Source: Candidatus Poribacteria bacterium
GTDB taxonomy: Bacteria; Poribacteria; WGA-4E; WGA-3G
Assembly (NCBI GenBank): GCA_965205025.1
Contig: CBDBFU010000004.1
Span: 64,001-128,000, forward strand
Reading direction: 5' to 3'
Length of the DNA stretch: 64,000 nucleotides
The notes below the pieces were generated by a model. It did no database searches. It saw only the letters and a list, made by a program, of their open reading frames with translations, and had not been told where the DNA came from. How positions within the stretch are numbered: position 1 is the stretch's first letter; each line of letters begins with the position of its first letter. Shown here piece after piece: positions 18,885-29,500 of the stretch. The position numbers and the translations under genes are program-made.

Positions 18885-19736
18885 ATGAGCAATTATGAGG
18901 TGTTTGTTAATGCTAAGACACATTTAGTAGTAGAGACTGATACCGGAAGATGTTTAGGAGGATTGGGTGCTAACTTCTACCGTCCCTTTGTGTTTCCATT
19001 TTATACACCTGCTGGACATACTGTTATTCAGGAATTCGCTTTTGACCATCCATTTCATAATGGTATATTTGTTGGGCAAGCACCAGTAAAAGTAGGAGAA
19101 CGTGAGGCTGGTTTTTGGGGTTCACCTCCCCGTCGTTCCTTTACAGATAAAGTATTCATAAATTTAGGTCGTATGGAAACACAGCAAGAGATTTCCATCT
19201 CTCCACATACAAACGGTGTTGAATTTGTACAGAAGGTTATTTGGCGGGATGAAAATGAAGAACCACTAATTGATGAAATTCGGACAGTAAATTTACACTC
19301 TGTTGAAGATGGAACTGTTTGTGACATGACAAGTGAGAAAACAGCTTCTTATGGAATAACAGAATACCCACAAACTAAATTTGGAAGCATCGGTATGCGT
19401 GTTGAACCCAGACTCTTACCTGTTATGGGAGGTATTGTACTCGCTGACAATAATCGTAAAGGCAAGGCAGAAGTTGTTCAGGAAAGTGATTCTGATTATG
19501 TCGCATACCAAAATCAGTTGCCTGGACACGGTGATTACGGTATTTTGATGACTATTCTTGATAAAGATATCCGTGGACCGTGGTTCATTCGAGATTACGG
19601 TATGGCACTCTATAATCCCACTTGGAGAGATTCAATTACAATACCTGAGAATGAAACATGGAAAATTGGTCTTAGGTTCGTTGCTTATGATGGCGCGTTA
19701 ACAACCGAGAGAGCAAATAACTGGTGTAGGGTTTAA
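18885..19736 (+). CDS. DUF6807 (annotated 'PmoA-like') family protein
   Basis: RPFVFPFYTPAG and DHPFHNGIF motifs. GGAG RBS. Confidence 0.7.
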   Translation: MSNYEVFVNAKTHLVVETDTGRCLGGLGANFYRPFVFPFYTPAGHTVIQEFAFDHPFHNGIFVGQAPVKVGEREAGFWGSPPRRSFTDKVFINLGRMETQQEISISPHTNGVEFVQKVIWRDENEEPLIDEIRTVNLHSVEDGTVCDMTSEKTASYGITEYPQTKFGSIGMRVEPRLLPVMGGIVLADNNRKGKAEVVQESDSDYVAYQNQLPGHGDYGILMTILDKDIRGPWFIRDYGMALYNPTWRDSITIPENETWKIGLRFVAYDGALTTERANNWCRV

Positions 19737-21332
19737 ATGAAAGAAAAAACTCTACTTGAGCTTCAAAATCTAACGAAGAATTTTGGCAACCTTGTTGCCG
19801 TTGAAAACGTAAATTTCCAACTTCAATCCGGTGAAATCCATGCAATTTTAGGGGAGAACGGTGCTGGTAAATCAACATTGATGAATCTAATCTATGGATT
19901 ATATCAGCCATCCGGTGGATCTATAAATATCTACGGTAAGAGAACTATACTTAGATCTCCGAGTGATGCAATTGCCCATGGAATTGGAATGGTACACCAA
20001 CATTTCATGCTTATTGAGAATCTCACAGTTGCTGAGAATATCGCTCTTAGTGTGGCAAAATTCGATCCGGCAAATCAAAAAAATACTTCCTCCGATTCTG
20101 ATATTGATTCCCTACCTAACAGTTTCGAATCCTCTATTAACCTAAGTAAGTTCCGTTATGATAAATCTGAAGCGACAAAATTAACTGAATCCTTATCACA
20201 ACGATTTAATCTCCCTGTTGAACCGAATACTCTTGTACGCAACCTCTCTGTAGGATTAAAACAACGAGTAGAAATCCTAAAAGCTCTTGCGGTAAATGCA
20301 CGTATATTAATTCTTGATGAACCAACAGCAGTTCTTAGTCCACATGAAGTTGAAGATTTCTTTGGTATACTTCGTACATTACAAGAGGATAACCGTTCAA
20401 TCATCTTCATTAGCCACAAGATGAAAGAAGTATTAGCAATAAGTGATCGCATTACCGTATTAAGACACGGAAAAAATGTGTATCACGGCAAAACAGGAGA
20501 ACTCTCTGCCCGTGGTCTTGCGAGAGAGATGTTGGGTGAGGAATTATCAGAAGTAATACGAGAAGAACATAAGGCATCGAGTGATCAAGTTCTCAACATC
20601 TCTGAACTTACGGTAAAGGGGAACCGAAGAGAAAACGCAGTAAAGAATCTATCATTGGAAACTCATCGTGGTGAAATCGTTGGAATAGCAGGTGTTGATG
20701 GGAACGGACAACGCGAATTAGCTGAGGCTATCTTAGGATTAAGACCTATTTCTTCAGGTACAATAGAAATTTTAGGAAAACAACCAACTAAGACAAAAGA
20801 TATACGCCAATGTGGTGTAGGTTATATTCCAGAAGATAGACGAACAAAAGGTGTGATACAGTCCTTTTCTATTGCTGAAAATTTATTGTTAAATTACAGA
20901 CATCTACATAATGTTGCACAAGGTGGCGTAATAAACCAAGTTTCGAAATATGATTTCTCACAAAACCTGATTGCCTCCTACGATATCCGTCCAACAATTC
21001 CAGATATTCCAGTATCAACCCTTTCTGGTGGGAATCAACAGAAAATTGTTCTTGCAAGGGAAATATCTCCACAACCCGAACTTCTCATCGCTGTAAACCC
21101 GACACGGGGTCTTGATATTAATGCAACGTTTTTTGTTCACAAGAAATTACTTGCACAACGTGACAAAGATAAATCTGTGCTCTTAATCTCTACAGAATTG
21201 GATGAAGTACTACGTATCAGTGATAGAATATATGTCATATCCAGAGGAAGAATTATTGCAGCTACAGAACATCGAGATGATATTGAAGCATTAGGTTTAT
21301 TAATGACAGGGGAGTCGGATAGGGATGTATAA
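19737..21332 (+). CDS. Sugar/nucleoside ABC transporter ATP-binding protein (two ABC domains)
   Basis: GENGAGKST, MVHQHF, LDEPT, GIAGVDGNGQ, LSGGNQQK. Confidence 0.93.
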   Translation: MKEKTLLELQNLTKNFGNLVAVENVNFQLQSGEIHAILGENGAGKSTLMNLIYGLYQPSGGSINIYGKRTILRSPSDAIAHGIGMVHQHFMLIENLTVAENIALSVAKFDPANQKNTSSDSDIDSLPNSFESSINLSKFRYDKSEATKLTESLSQRFNLPVEPNTLVRNLSVGLKQRVEILKALAVNARILILDEPTAVLSPHEVEDFFGILRTLQEDNRSIIFISHKMKEVLAISDRITVLRHGKNVYHGKTGELSARGLAREMLGEELSEVIREEHKASSDQVLNISELTVKGNRRENAVKNLSLETHRGEIVGIAGVDGNGQRELAEAILGLRPISSGTIEILGKQPTKTKDIRQCGVGYIPEDRRTKGVIQSFSIAENLLLNYRHLHNVAQGGVINQVSKYDFSQNLIASYDIRPTIPDIPVSTLSGGNQQKIVLAREISPQPELLIAVNPTRGLDINATFFVHKKLLAQRDKDKSVLLISTELDEVLRISDRIYVISRGRIIAATEHRDDIEALGLLMTGESDRDV

Positions 21333-22410
21333 TCTCTTCTACATCTATCGAAAAGCAACATCCATTTGTTTACGTTATGCAAAGTACTATCGTTGGGTTA
21401 TAACACCTATCCTGATCCTTTCAGCCGCATTTCTAACAAATGGAATTTTACTGGTATTGTGTGGATATAATCCTTTACAGGCTTATGCAACAGGAATTAC
21501 AGGGGCATTCGGAACTGCCCACGGATTAGGTGAGACCTTAGTAAAAAGTATACCGTTTCTTATGACAGGTCTCTCCGTTGCGATTGCGTTCAGATGTGGA
21601 ATTTGGAATATCGGAGCAGAAGGACAATTTCTAATTGGCGCATTAGCTGGAACTTGGTTTGGGACTAAGGGAGTATACCTATTACCTAACATCCCGTGGG
21701 TGGCAATACCGCTCTGCATGACCATTGCAATTCTTGGTGGTGGAATATGGGGGGCAATCCCGGGTGTTCTCAAGGTTACACGTGGCGTCAATGAAGTAAT
21801 TAGTACGATTATGTTAAATTACGTTGCCTTATACCTTGTGAGTGCTATGGTCGATGGTGGTCCACTACAGGAAATATCGAGAACAGGACCACAAAGTGAT
21901 CCAATTGCTAAGTGGGTATTTCTACCTCGTATTTTCCCCTCATCAAGGATACATATAGGTATCCTCATTGCAATAATATCAGCAATTATACTAACATTTG
22001 TATTGTTTAGAACGTCTTTCGGATATCAGATCCGGGCAGTAGGTGAAGGGGCATCGGCAGCAGAAGCAGCAGGGATTTCTATTCCTCTTAACACTCTGCG
22101 TGTTTTTTTTATTAGCGGAGCATTAGCAGGACTTGGAGGAGCTATAGAACTCATGGCACTTGCACCCCAACTTACAACAACTTTTTCTCCTGGATACGGT
22201 TATACTGCAATTGCTGTCGCTTTATTAGCAAAGTTACATCCACTTGTAACCATCGCATCATCGCTATTATTTGGAGCTCTCACAATGGGTTCCTATGCAA
22301 TGCAACTAAACATAAGAATCTCCAATAAGGTCACCTGGATGATGCAGGCAATAATTTTACTTTTTGTTATCGGATCAAGTTCGTTTAAATTACTCAGTAA
22401 ACGAGAATAG
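21325..22410 (+). CDS. Nucleoside-type ABC transporter permease
   Basis: WNIGAEGQ, NEVISTIMLNY, GYGYTAIAVALL; hydrophobic. Confidence 0.9.
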   Translation: MYNLFYIYRKATSICLRYAKYYRWVITPILILSAAFLTNGILLVLCGYNPLQAYATGITGAFGTAHGLGETLVKSIPFLMTGLSVAIAFRCGIWNIGAEGQFLIGALAGTWFGTKGVYLLPNIPWVAIPLCMTIAILGGGIWGAIPGVLKVTRGVNEVISTIMLNYVALYLVSAMVDGGPLQEISRTGPQSDPIAKWVFLPRIFPSSRIHIGILIAIISAIILTFVLFRTSFGYQIRAVGEGASAAEAAGISIPLNTLRVFFISGALAGLGGAIELMALAPQLTTTFSPGYGYTAIAVALLAKLHPLVTIASSLLFGALTMGSYAMQLNIRISNKVTWMMQAIILLFVIGSSSFKLLSKRE

Positions 22411-22458
22411 TATACACATAACCGTTATACAATAAACAATTTTTTTGGGAACAGTACT

Positions 22459-23394
22459 TTGGATTTATTGGAAGAGTTAATAGCATCAACATTAAGAGGG
22501 GCTACACCCTTATTAATTGCTGCCTTGGGAGAGGTGATTTCACAGCGCGCGGGTGTAATTAATATAGGTATAGAAGGTATGATGCTGATTGGTGCATTTT
22601 TTGGATTAGTTGCATCATATTTTACTGCGGAACTAATCTTTTTTGCTCCATGGATTGGACTCTTCGTGGCAGGTTTAAGTGGTTTAATTACCGCTGGTCT
22701 TTTTGTTGTTTTCGCTATAAAGCTTCGTGGAGATCAAGTTGTAATTGGTACGGCAATTACATTGCTCGCATTAGGATTAACGGAAGTACTGTACCAACGT
22801 ATTTTTGGTGGGACCGGAACACCACACAATATTCCTTATTTTGAGAAAATAGACCTGCCCTTACTCTCGCAGATCCCGTTTTTAGGCAATACACTATTTT
22901 CCCATAATATCATCGTATTTTTAGCATTCTTGTTTGTACCGGTCATATATTTTTACTTATATCATACACAACAAGGCTTAAGAGTACGGGCATGTGGTGA
23001 ACACCCCAAAGCTATTTCTACAGTTGGTTCGAATGTATCTCTAATTCGAACTGCCTGCTTATTATTTGCAGGAACAATGGCAGGAATTGGTGGAGGTTAC
23101 TTGTCACTTGCAGATGTTCCGATATTTACACCAAATATGACAGCGGGTCGCGGATTCATTGCATTGGCAATCGTTATTTTTGGGAAATGGCATCCAGTAA
23201 AAGCTTGTGCTGCAGCGCTCCTGTTTGGTCTCGGTTTTGCCCTTGATGCCCGATTTCAAGCATTTGGATGGAATGTTCAATATCAGTGGTTCTTGATGCT
23301 GCCTTTTGTATTGTGTTTAGTTGTAATGTCTGGATTTGTGGGACGTTCTGAAGCACCACTTGCATTAGGGAAACCGTACGACCCGTCTGAGTAG
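22459..23394 (+). CDS. Nucleoside-type ABC transporter permease
   Basis: AGVINIGIEG, GRGFIALAIVIFGKW, PLALGKPY. Confidence 0.9.
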   Translation: MDLLEELIASTLRGATPLLIAALGEVISQRAGVINIGIEGMMLIGAFFGLVASYFTAELIFFAPWIGLFVAGLSGLITAGLFVVFAIKLRGDQVVIGTAITLLALGLTEVLYQRIFGGTGTPHNIPYFEKIDLPLLSQIPFLGNTLFSHNIIVFLAFLFVPVIYFYLYHTQQGLRVRACGEHPKAISTVGSNVSLIRTACLLFAGTMAGIGGGYLSLADVPIFTPNMTAGRGFIALAIVIFGKWHPVKACAAALLFGLGFALDARFQAFGWNVQYQWFLMLPFVLCLVVMSGFVGRSEAPLALGKPYDPSE

Positions 23395-23401
23395 TCATTT
23401 C

Positions 23402-26400
23402 CTAATAGGGAGTTCCTACACGTATATAGAAAGTATTAATTGGAACATTCGGTACTGTAATTATCGGTACCGCGTAATCGATCCCGCCAATAAATGGACC
23501 AAGATCTAACCTTAATCCAACACCTACCGATGAAGGTAACCATTCAAACTTAACATCCTCAAAAGTATCCCACACATTTCCTGAATCAAAAAATAAAACT
23601 CCATCAAATGGTGCAAAAATGGGGAAACGTAACTCAGTATTAAAGATAAACTGTATATTTCCACGGTGCTTTCCCGTACTATCCACTGGTCCAAGTCCAC
23701 GTTCCTCATAACCGCGTACAGTTGTACTACCACCTGCCCAGAAGCGTTCAAACGAGATTAATTCTGAATCTTGATCTTCCTCTTGTAAACCTGTGGTGAT
23801 GCCTATTCGGATAGCTGGTGCAAGTACAAAACCACGGTCGTTTAACAACCGATGTGCACGAAAGTCAGCAATTGTCTTAATAAAACTACTTTTACCACCC
23901 AGAAAACCTCCAGCATATTCCACAGTTACCTCATTCAACATACCTGACTTAGGATTAATAGGTGGTATCCGATTATCGTGTCTCCATAGTAAACGTAAAC
24001 TGCTAACTGTAGTTGACGGATTAATAACTGATGTAGTTTCTGATGTATCTTTTAGTCCTCTGTAACTATACTCAAAATTAAAACGATGCGAATCATATAA
24101 TCTTCTACTAAGAGTAAAACTTCCTTGCAATGCTCTGACACCGTCATCTTCTTCTAATTTCCTTCCAAGAAATTGCAGACTCCCACTTGTCCTCCCTAAT
24201 AGCCACGGCTCTGTGAGTGTTGTATCATAAAGATAACCTCGTGTCCCCCACCTGCCACGTAACCGAAACCTATTATTACGTTTTAATAGGTTAACATGAC
24301 TTAATGAGATCGTACCTCTCGGACCATCAGAAGAACTATATCCGATACTTGCACCGTATGCTCCCGGTTTTCGTTTCTGTAATCGGATTAAGACATCTTG
24401 GTATATTGGTTGAGTGGATAAAAGACTCCCTGGATTTGGTTGTATATTTTGATATGTACTTCCTCCAAGGTCGGTTTGTGTTCTTCGTTTGGTTCGGATT
24501 CCTGGTTCAAAGACACCTGTGTTATTTAGGTTTTGAATGGCTTTACTCAGTTTTTCTGGTGTGAAAAGTGTTCCTTGAAGGTGTACGACTTCACGATCAA
24601 GGACAAATTGTCTAACACCCGCGTCTCCAGCAAATAAAATTTCACCAAATCCTATCTTGTCCCCTTCATTAATCTCAAAATGAACCACACCATGTTCAAA
24701 TACAGATAGGGTAGTGTGTCCCTGTTTTAAGGTATAACGAGGGTTACCATTAATATCTTGAATACTCCACTCATCACCGAGACTGGTAGCGATGTATGTC
24801 CCCGAAAGTGATAGATGATGTTTTTGGAATTCTTCTGTAATTTCATTCGGAACTAATCCTGAATTCAACATCTCAGAAAAATTTCCATCAATTTGAAAAA
24901 CAGGAGTTATCATTTTATCTATATATTGTGTGTTCGGTGGATTTATAATTTCAACGTCCATATACCCATGATCCTGGTATACTTTCAGAATAGCGTTCTG
25001 AAAGCTTTTTAGTATTAAAGGAGCATTAGGCTGAGGGAGTTTGCTTGGTAGGGCATTAAGAAGAGTAGCAGTATCAAGTGCATTGTTACCTGAGAAAACA
25101 CATCGGTTAATTACCTCTTTGCGATCTTCAAAAACTATCAGATGGATCGAAACTTCACCAAACTTGCTGTTCTTAGGTATTCTTTTGTCCAGTTGTTGTA
25201 CTCTGATAGATGCTTTAGGGTAACCTGCTTTTTGATACAATATTCGTAATCTTTCAAGATCTTGTGTTAATTCTTGCTGAGTGAATATATGTTTACGAAA
25301 TAGTTGGATTGCTATATGAGAAGGTTTGGTATCAATTTCTCGTAACAATTCCTGTTCACTAAACGCAAAATTCCCTTCAATGATAATGTCTTTAACTATA
25401 TATCTTTGACCTTTAGTAACAGTAAATTTAATATGTAGAGGAGAGTTCGTTAATTTCTCCCATTCTACTGTTGTATTGTCATAGCCTTTTGCCTTAAAAT
25501 GAGACTGCACGGTTTGCGACCATAGAGTTTCAGAATTCAGATACGTAATAATCCTATTTCTAAGAAGATCTTTCTCTGATTCACCTGTAATGACACCTAT
25601 TTGTTTGAGTACATTCCGAACAATAAAATCAGAGAATATCATTTTTCCACTTTCATCTACAAATTCAAGTAATAACTGTGTGCCTTCAACTATCTTGATA
25701 GTTAGTAGTCCTGTTTCCTTGTTAAAGTCGGCAACTATATCACTATTAGGATAGTACTTCTCTTTATAGAAATCTTGAATTGCTAAGATTGCATCATTTA
25801 CATCGGATTTACGATATACTTCTCCAATAAACTCTCCTGCGACCCCCTTAAGATATTCAGAGAATACTGTTGAATTTCCTTGAAGATGGAATTTAGAGAT
25901 AATTGTTGGACTCCCCAAGTCAATCTGATATGTTAAAATCCCAGTATCTGTTTCTGTAATTATCTCTATCTGGCTATTAAAGTATCCATTATCCGCACAC
26001 ACTTCCTTAATCGAACTTTCATCTCTCTTAGCAATAGTTGGTAGATACATCCCACCAGGTTCCAATCTAATCGTATCTCGGATTGCTTTATTTAGTTCAT
26101 CTGAATCGACACCTATAAGTTTTATCGATTGAAGATGCATAACATTCTCTAATTCAAACTGCACAACAATCCCTTCAGATGTATCTTTGGTGTATACATT
26201 AATTTGTGAAAACTGATTTAAAGAATAGAGAGAATTTATACTCAGTTTTATTGCATTCCGGGAAAACTTTGAACCAAGCTCTATTTGTGTATGTTCTTTT
26301 AGAATGTTATGAATTTGGTCGTTAGTTACAGGTAGATTGTCTATGGTGTATTCAATCCTAACGACCTTTTTTGAGTGCAAGGAATGCTCTGTAGGATTTA

Positions 26401-26539
26401 TGGGTAGAACAGTAATGTTCTCCTCTGCTGAATAAGAATTCAAACAAAAGACACACTGGAATAACAGAATTATCCCTTGAAGAATATAAACCTTATCAGA
26501 CAGATAGGTAAAGGATCTTAACTTGGTGTTCAGACACAT
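23402..26539 (-). CDS. tamA: BamA/TamA (Omp85) family outer-membrane protein with multiple POTRA domains
   Basis: Repeated POTRA signatures (IEGN..FS..EL), GGSTTVRGY, FFDSGNVW. Directly downstream of tamB. Confidence 0.8.
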   Translation of the reverse strand: MCLNTKLRSFTYLSDKVYILQGIILLFQCVFCLNSYSAEENITVLPINPTEHSLHSKKVVRIEYTIDNLPVTNDQIHNILKEHTQIELGSKFSRNAIKLSINSLYSLNQFSQINVYTKDTSEGIVVQFELENVMHLQSIKLIGVDSDELNKAIRDTIRLEPGGMYLPTIAKRDESSIKEVCADNGYFNSQIEIITETDTGILTYQIDLGSPTIISKFHLQGNSTVFSEYLKGVAGEFIGEVYRKSDVNDAILAIQDFYKEKYYPNSDIVADFNKETGLLTIKIVEGTQLLLEFVDESGKMIFSDFIVRNVLKQIGVITGESEKDLLRNRIITYLNSETLWSQTVQSHFKAKGYDNTTVEWEKLTNSPLHIKFTVTKGQRYIVKDIIIEGNFAFSEQELLREIDTKPSHIAIQLFRKHIFTQQELTQDLERLRILYQKAGYPKASIRVQQLDKRIPKNSKFGEVSIHLIVFEDRKEVINRCVFSGNNALDTATLLNALPSKLPQPNAPLILKSFQNAILKVYQDHGYMDVEIINPPNTQYIDKMITPVFQIDGNFSEMLNSGLVPNEITEEFQKHHLSLSGTYIATSLGDEWSIQDINGNPRYTLKQGHTTLSVFEHGVVHFEINEGDKIGFGEILFAGDAGVRQFVLDREVVHLQGTLFTPEKLSKAIQNLNNTGVFEPGIRTKRRTQTDLGGSTYQNIQPNPGSLLSTQPIYQDVLIRLQKRKPGAYGASIGYSSSDGPRGTISLSHVNLLKRNNRFRLRGRWGTRGYLYDTTLTEPWLLGRTSGSLQFLGRKLEEDDGVRALQGSFTLSRRLYDSHRFNFEYSYRGLKDTSETTSVINPSTTVSSLRLLWRHDNRIPPINPKSGMLNEVTVEYAGGFLGGKSSFIKTIADFRAHRLLNDRGFVLAPAIRIGITTGLQEEDQDSELISFERFWAGGSTTVRGYEERGLGPVDSTGKHRGNIQFIFNTELRFPIFAPFDGVLFFDSGNVWDTFEDVKFEWLPSSVGVGLRLDLGPFIGGIDYAVPIITVPNVPINTFYIRVGTPY

Positions 26540-26541
26540 TA

Positions 26542-29500
26542 TTAGAAACGTCTCTCCAACAACTGTAAATCAACCCCAAATTCACCTTTTTCATCTCCTT
26601 CCATTCTAATAGACATATTATTCCCAAAAGGCAAAGGATATTCCCCGATGATGTGACGTTGTTTTGGATCAAACCCTGAGGAGATAGTGAATGTGATACC
26701 AGCAAAAGACCTTGAAATAGAATTGCCTGGTGAAAGCAACGCGAGAACATCCGCATCAGTAAATATAACAGTCGTAGAAGAATTTATGGGTTCAGCCCCT
26801 AAATTAACTTTCGCATTACCTATGTCTCCATTTTCGAGTTTGCCTGTAACTGTTGCAGTAATCATTAAATCCGCTATGCTTCCATCACTAAGTACCACAC
26901 CTCGAATTGGATTAGGTGTCATGAGTATAATGTCTAACTCTGGATTAAAGGATTTGTCACTAAGATTTCTGATTGTAGACCCCTCTTGTATCTCAAATAT
27001 CTGTGTTATAATACTAATCTTCCCTCGTAGAATAGAAAGATCCCCCGTAAAAATAGGTGCTTGAATTGCCCCAGTAAGTTGTCCTCGACACTTAATCTCA
27101 ATGTCTGTATGTCCCCCAGTTGATGATAACAGGTGAAATTTGTTAGGGATATCTATACCCAAATCTAAGGTGACATTTCGTATGAATGGCATATAGAACA
27201 ATAGATCTGTATCAGTTACTGTACCTGCGGAGAATGAGTCAAGGAGATCTTCCCAATTCCAATTCTGTTTATATTGCCCCGAATGGATTCTGATATCTCC
27301 ATTAAGCTTTGTGTCTGCAATCATCCCTGTTAAATGTAAATTCTCAGAACTTAACTCAATCTGGTATTTTTCATTTTCAGTAAAGATAGAGTTTTTCATA
27401 CTACCTATAACATCCACACTCTGAACTTGAAACCAATCAGTAATTATATTACCATTTGCTGTGAAGTCTCCACCGTTTAGTTGTCCTTTCATTTCATCAA
27501 ATCTAATACCTTGTTCTGTGAATTCAAAGGTAGATTCAAGATTCTCAAAAAATATAGGAGAACGTGCAATAGATAGTGAATCAATATTAAAGTTGCCATG
27601 TCCAGAAATCTTTGATGCATCTACGTTTCCAGTAATTGTTGCAGTGATATTACCTTCCCCAACGGCAGATTGAACATGAGGATCAATAAGTGGTAATATA
27701 CCGAGTTGATCCATTATTACACTAATTCTTACATCCATTGGATCTGATGAGGGTTCAATTTTTGATTCTATCAGAGATATATTTAAAGGAACACTACCTG
27801 AACAAATAACTCTATTCTTACCAATACGAATTTGTGTTTTCTCTTCTACAATCGTCCAATGTTGGTTGAGAGAATCATAACGAAACTCTCCAGAAAATTC
27901 ATCAATCCCAGCTTGATTTATAGTCAGTCTTTCTCCTTCTAATCTGATAAGAATATTCGGTGCAGCGTATTCACCTGTAATACTAACAGTTGTGGACAAC
28001 ATTCCATTCATTTTATAGAGTTTTGTAAATTCATTAGGTAGGAAATAATTAAGGGTAGAAATATTGAAATTGCTAATCTTTAGATTGGCGAAGATCTCTC
28101 CATACAGATCCAGTCTGCCAAAACAACTTAGAACAAGCGGATTAGTGACTTCATTTGGATTGACAGGAATCGTATTCTCAAGTCTTAACCCTTTCAATCT
28201 GAATGTGCCAGTATTAAGAGTAAATGGAACGGTTTCTGGATTTGTAAATTCATATTGCTGATCTAAATAAAGAAAACCGAATGAAATATGATCGATAGTA
28301 AATTCTGCTTCTGCCTCACGCGAAATAGCATCAAAGTTTACACTTCGAACTATTTTCGGTATTGGAATTTCCTCTCCTTGTTGAAAGAAACTATCAAATG
28401 ATAACATCATTTTAGAAATAGATGTCGTCACCTCACCATTTACTTCCTTGAAGAAATCAGAAGGTAGAACCTTCTGTAAAACAGAACCCAGAGGGTATTT
28501 CGTGAATGATACATCCTCGATGATTAAATGCTTAGGCATTAACCCCTCAAGTTGTAATTCGCCTTTTCGTAGATCGAAATTTCCATCACCCATTTCAAAT
28601 TTACATTGAACTAACTCAATAAGACCTTCACGTGCCTTAAGTTGTAACCTCATCTTTTCCAACACTTGATTTAGTGCTTTCGTCTGAACTTTCCTTGCTT
28701 CTATAAATACATTTCCATCCATATAAGGACTTTGGGTCGTACCATTTAGTGATAATTTAATATCGGTGACTCCATCTGCTTCTGCAAAAATAGTGTCTAT
28801 TCCTGGAAAAAATGTAAGCGGCAATTCATTTCCTGCCAATTGAAGATTTATGGGTAAATCAATAAACCTGTCTCGTATTGAAACTTTTTCTAAATTTAGG
28901 TTGAAGGGAATAAATCCAGTTAGTTTTAGTGAATGTCCATTATTGTTAAGTTCAGATAGTATAGTTATCTGCTTTTCCAAATACTGGATGTTCCCACTCC
29001 ATTGGATAGGTAGATTGGATTGTTTGTGTAATAGGTTTATAAGTGATCCTTGCCAGTTAACATCTATTTTAGGGGTGATAATATTCCCCCCAATACCAAT
29101 GTTAACTTGAGAATTGAGAGTAGGAGAGGTAAGTCTTAGAGGAATTAATGTGGTTATGATACTATCTTTTAATGCTAAATCGATAGGGGTAATATTGGTA
29201 ATTTGGATATTGTGGCTATTTAAAATAAGCTCATGAATCTCGCTGGTCATTGAAATATCATTATAGTTAAATCCGTTACCTGAAATTTTCATACTTCCAC
29301 TGATATTTCCAGTAAGGAGTGAAGAATCTACATTGAAATCCTTGAGAAAATCGGCAATTTCCAACTTCTCAGCAGAAACTGCTAAGGTATAATTGATTTT
29401 CTTATTGTTGATCCTTGAAAATGATGTCTCGCCATCTACCTGGATATTACTTTTCCCAATCTGACCATTGACTAATAAATCATTAATACCAACTAACTCT

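Noticed and set aside
18885-19736. Particulate methane monooxygenase subunit
   Set aside because: The protein is soluble with no transmembrane helices and no pmoB/pmoC. The PmoA label of this family is a naming legacy.
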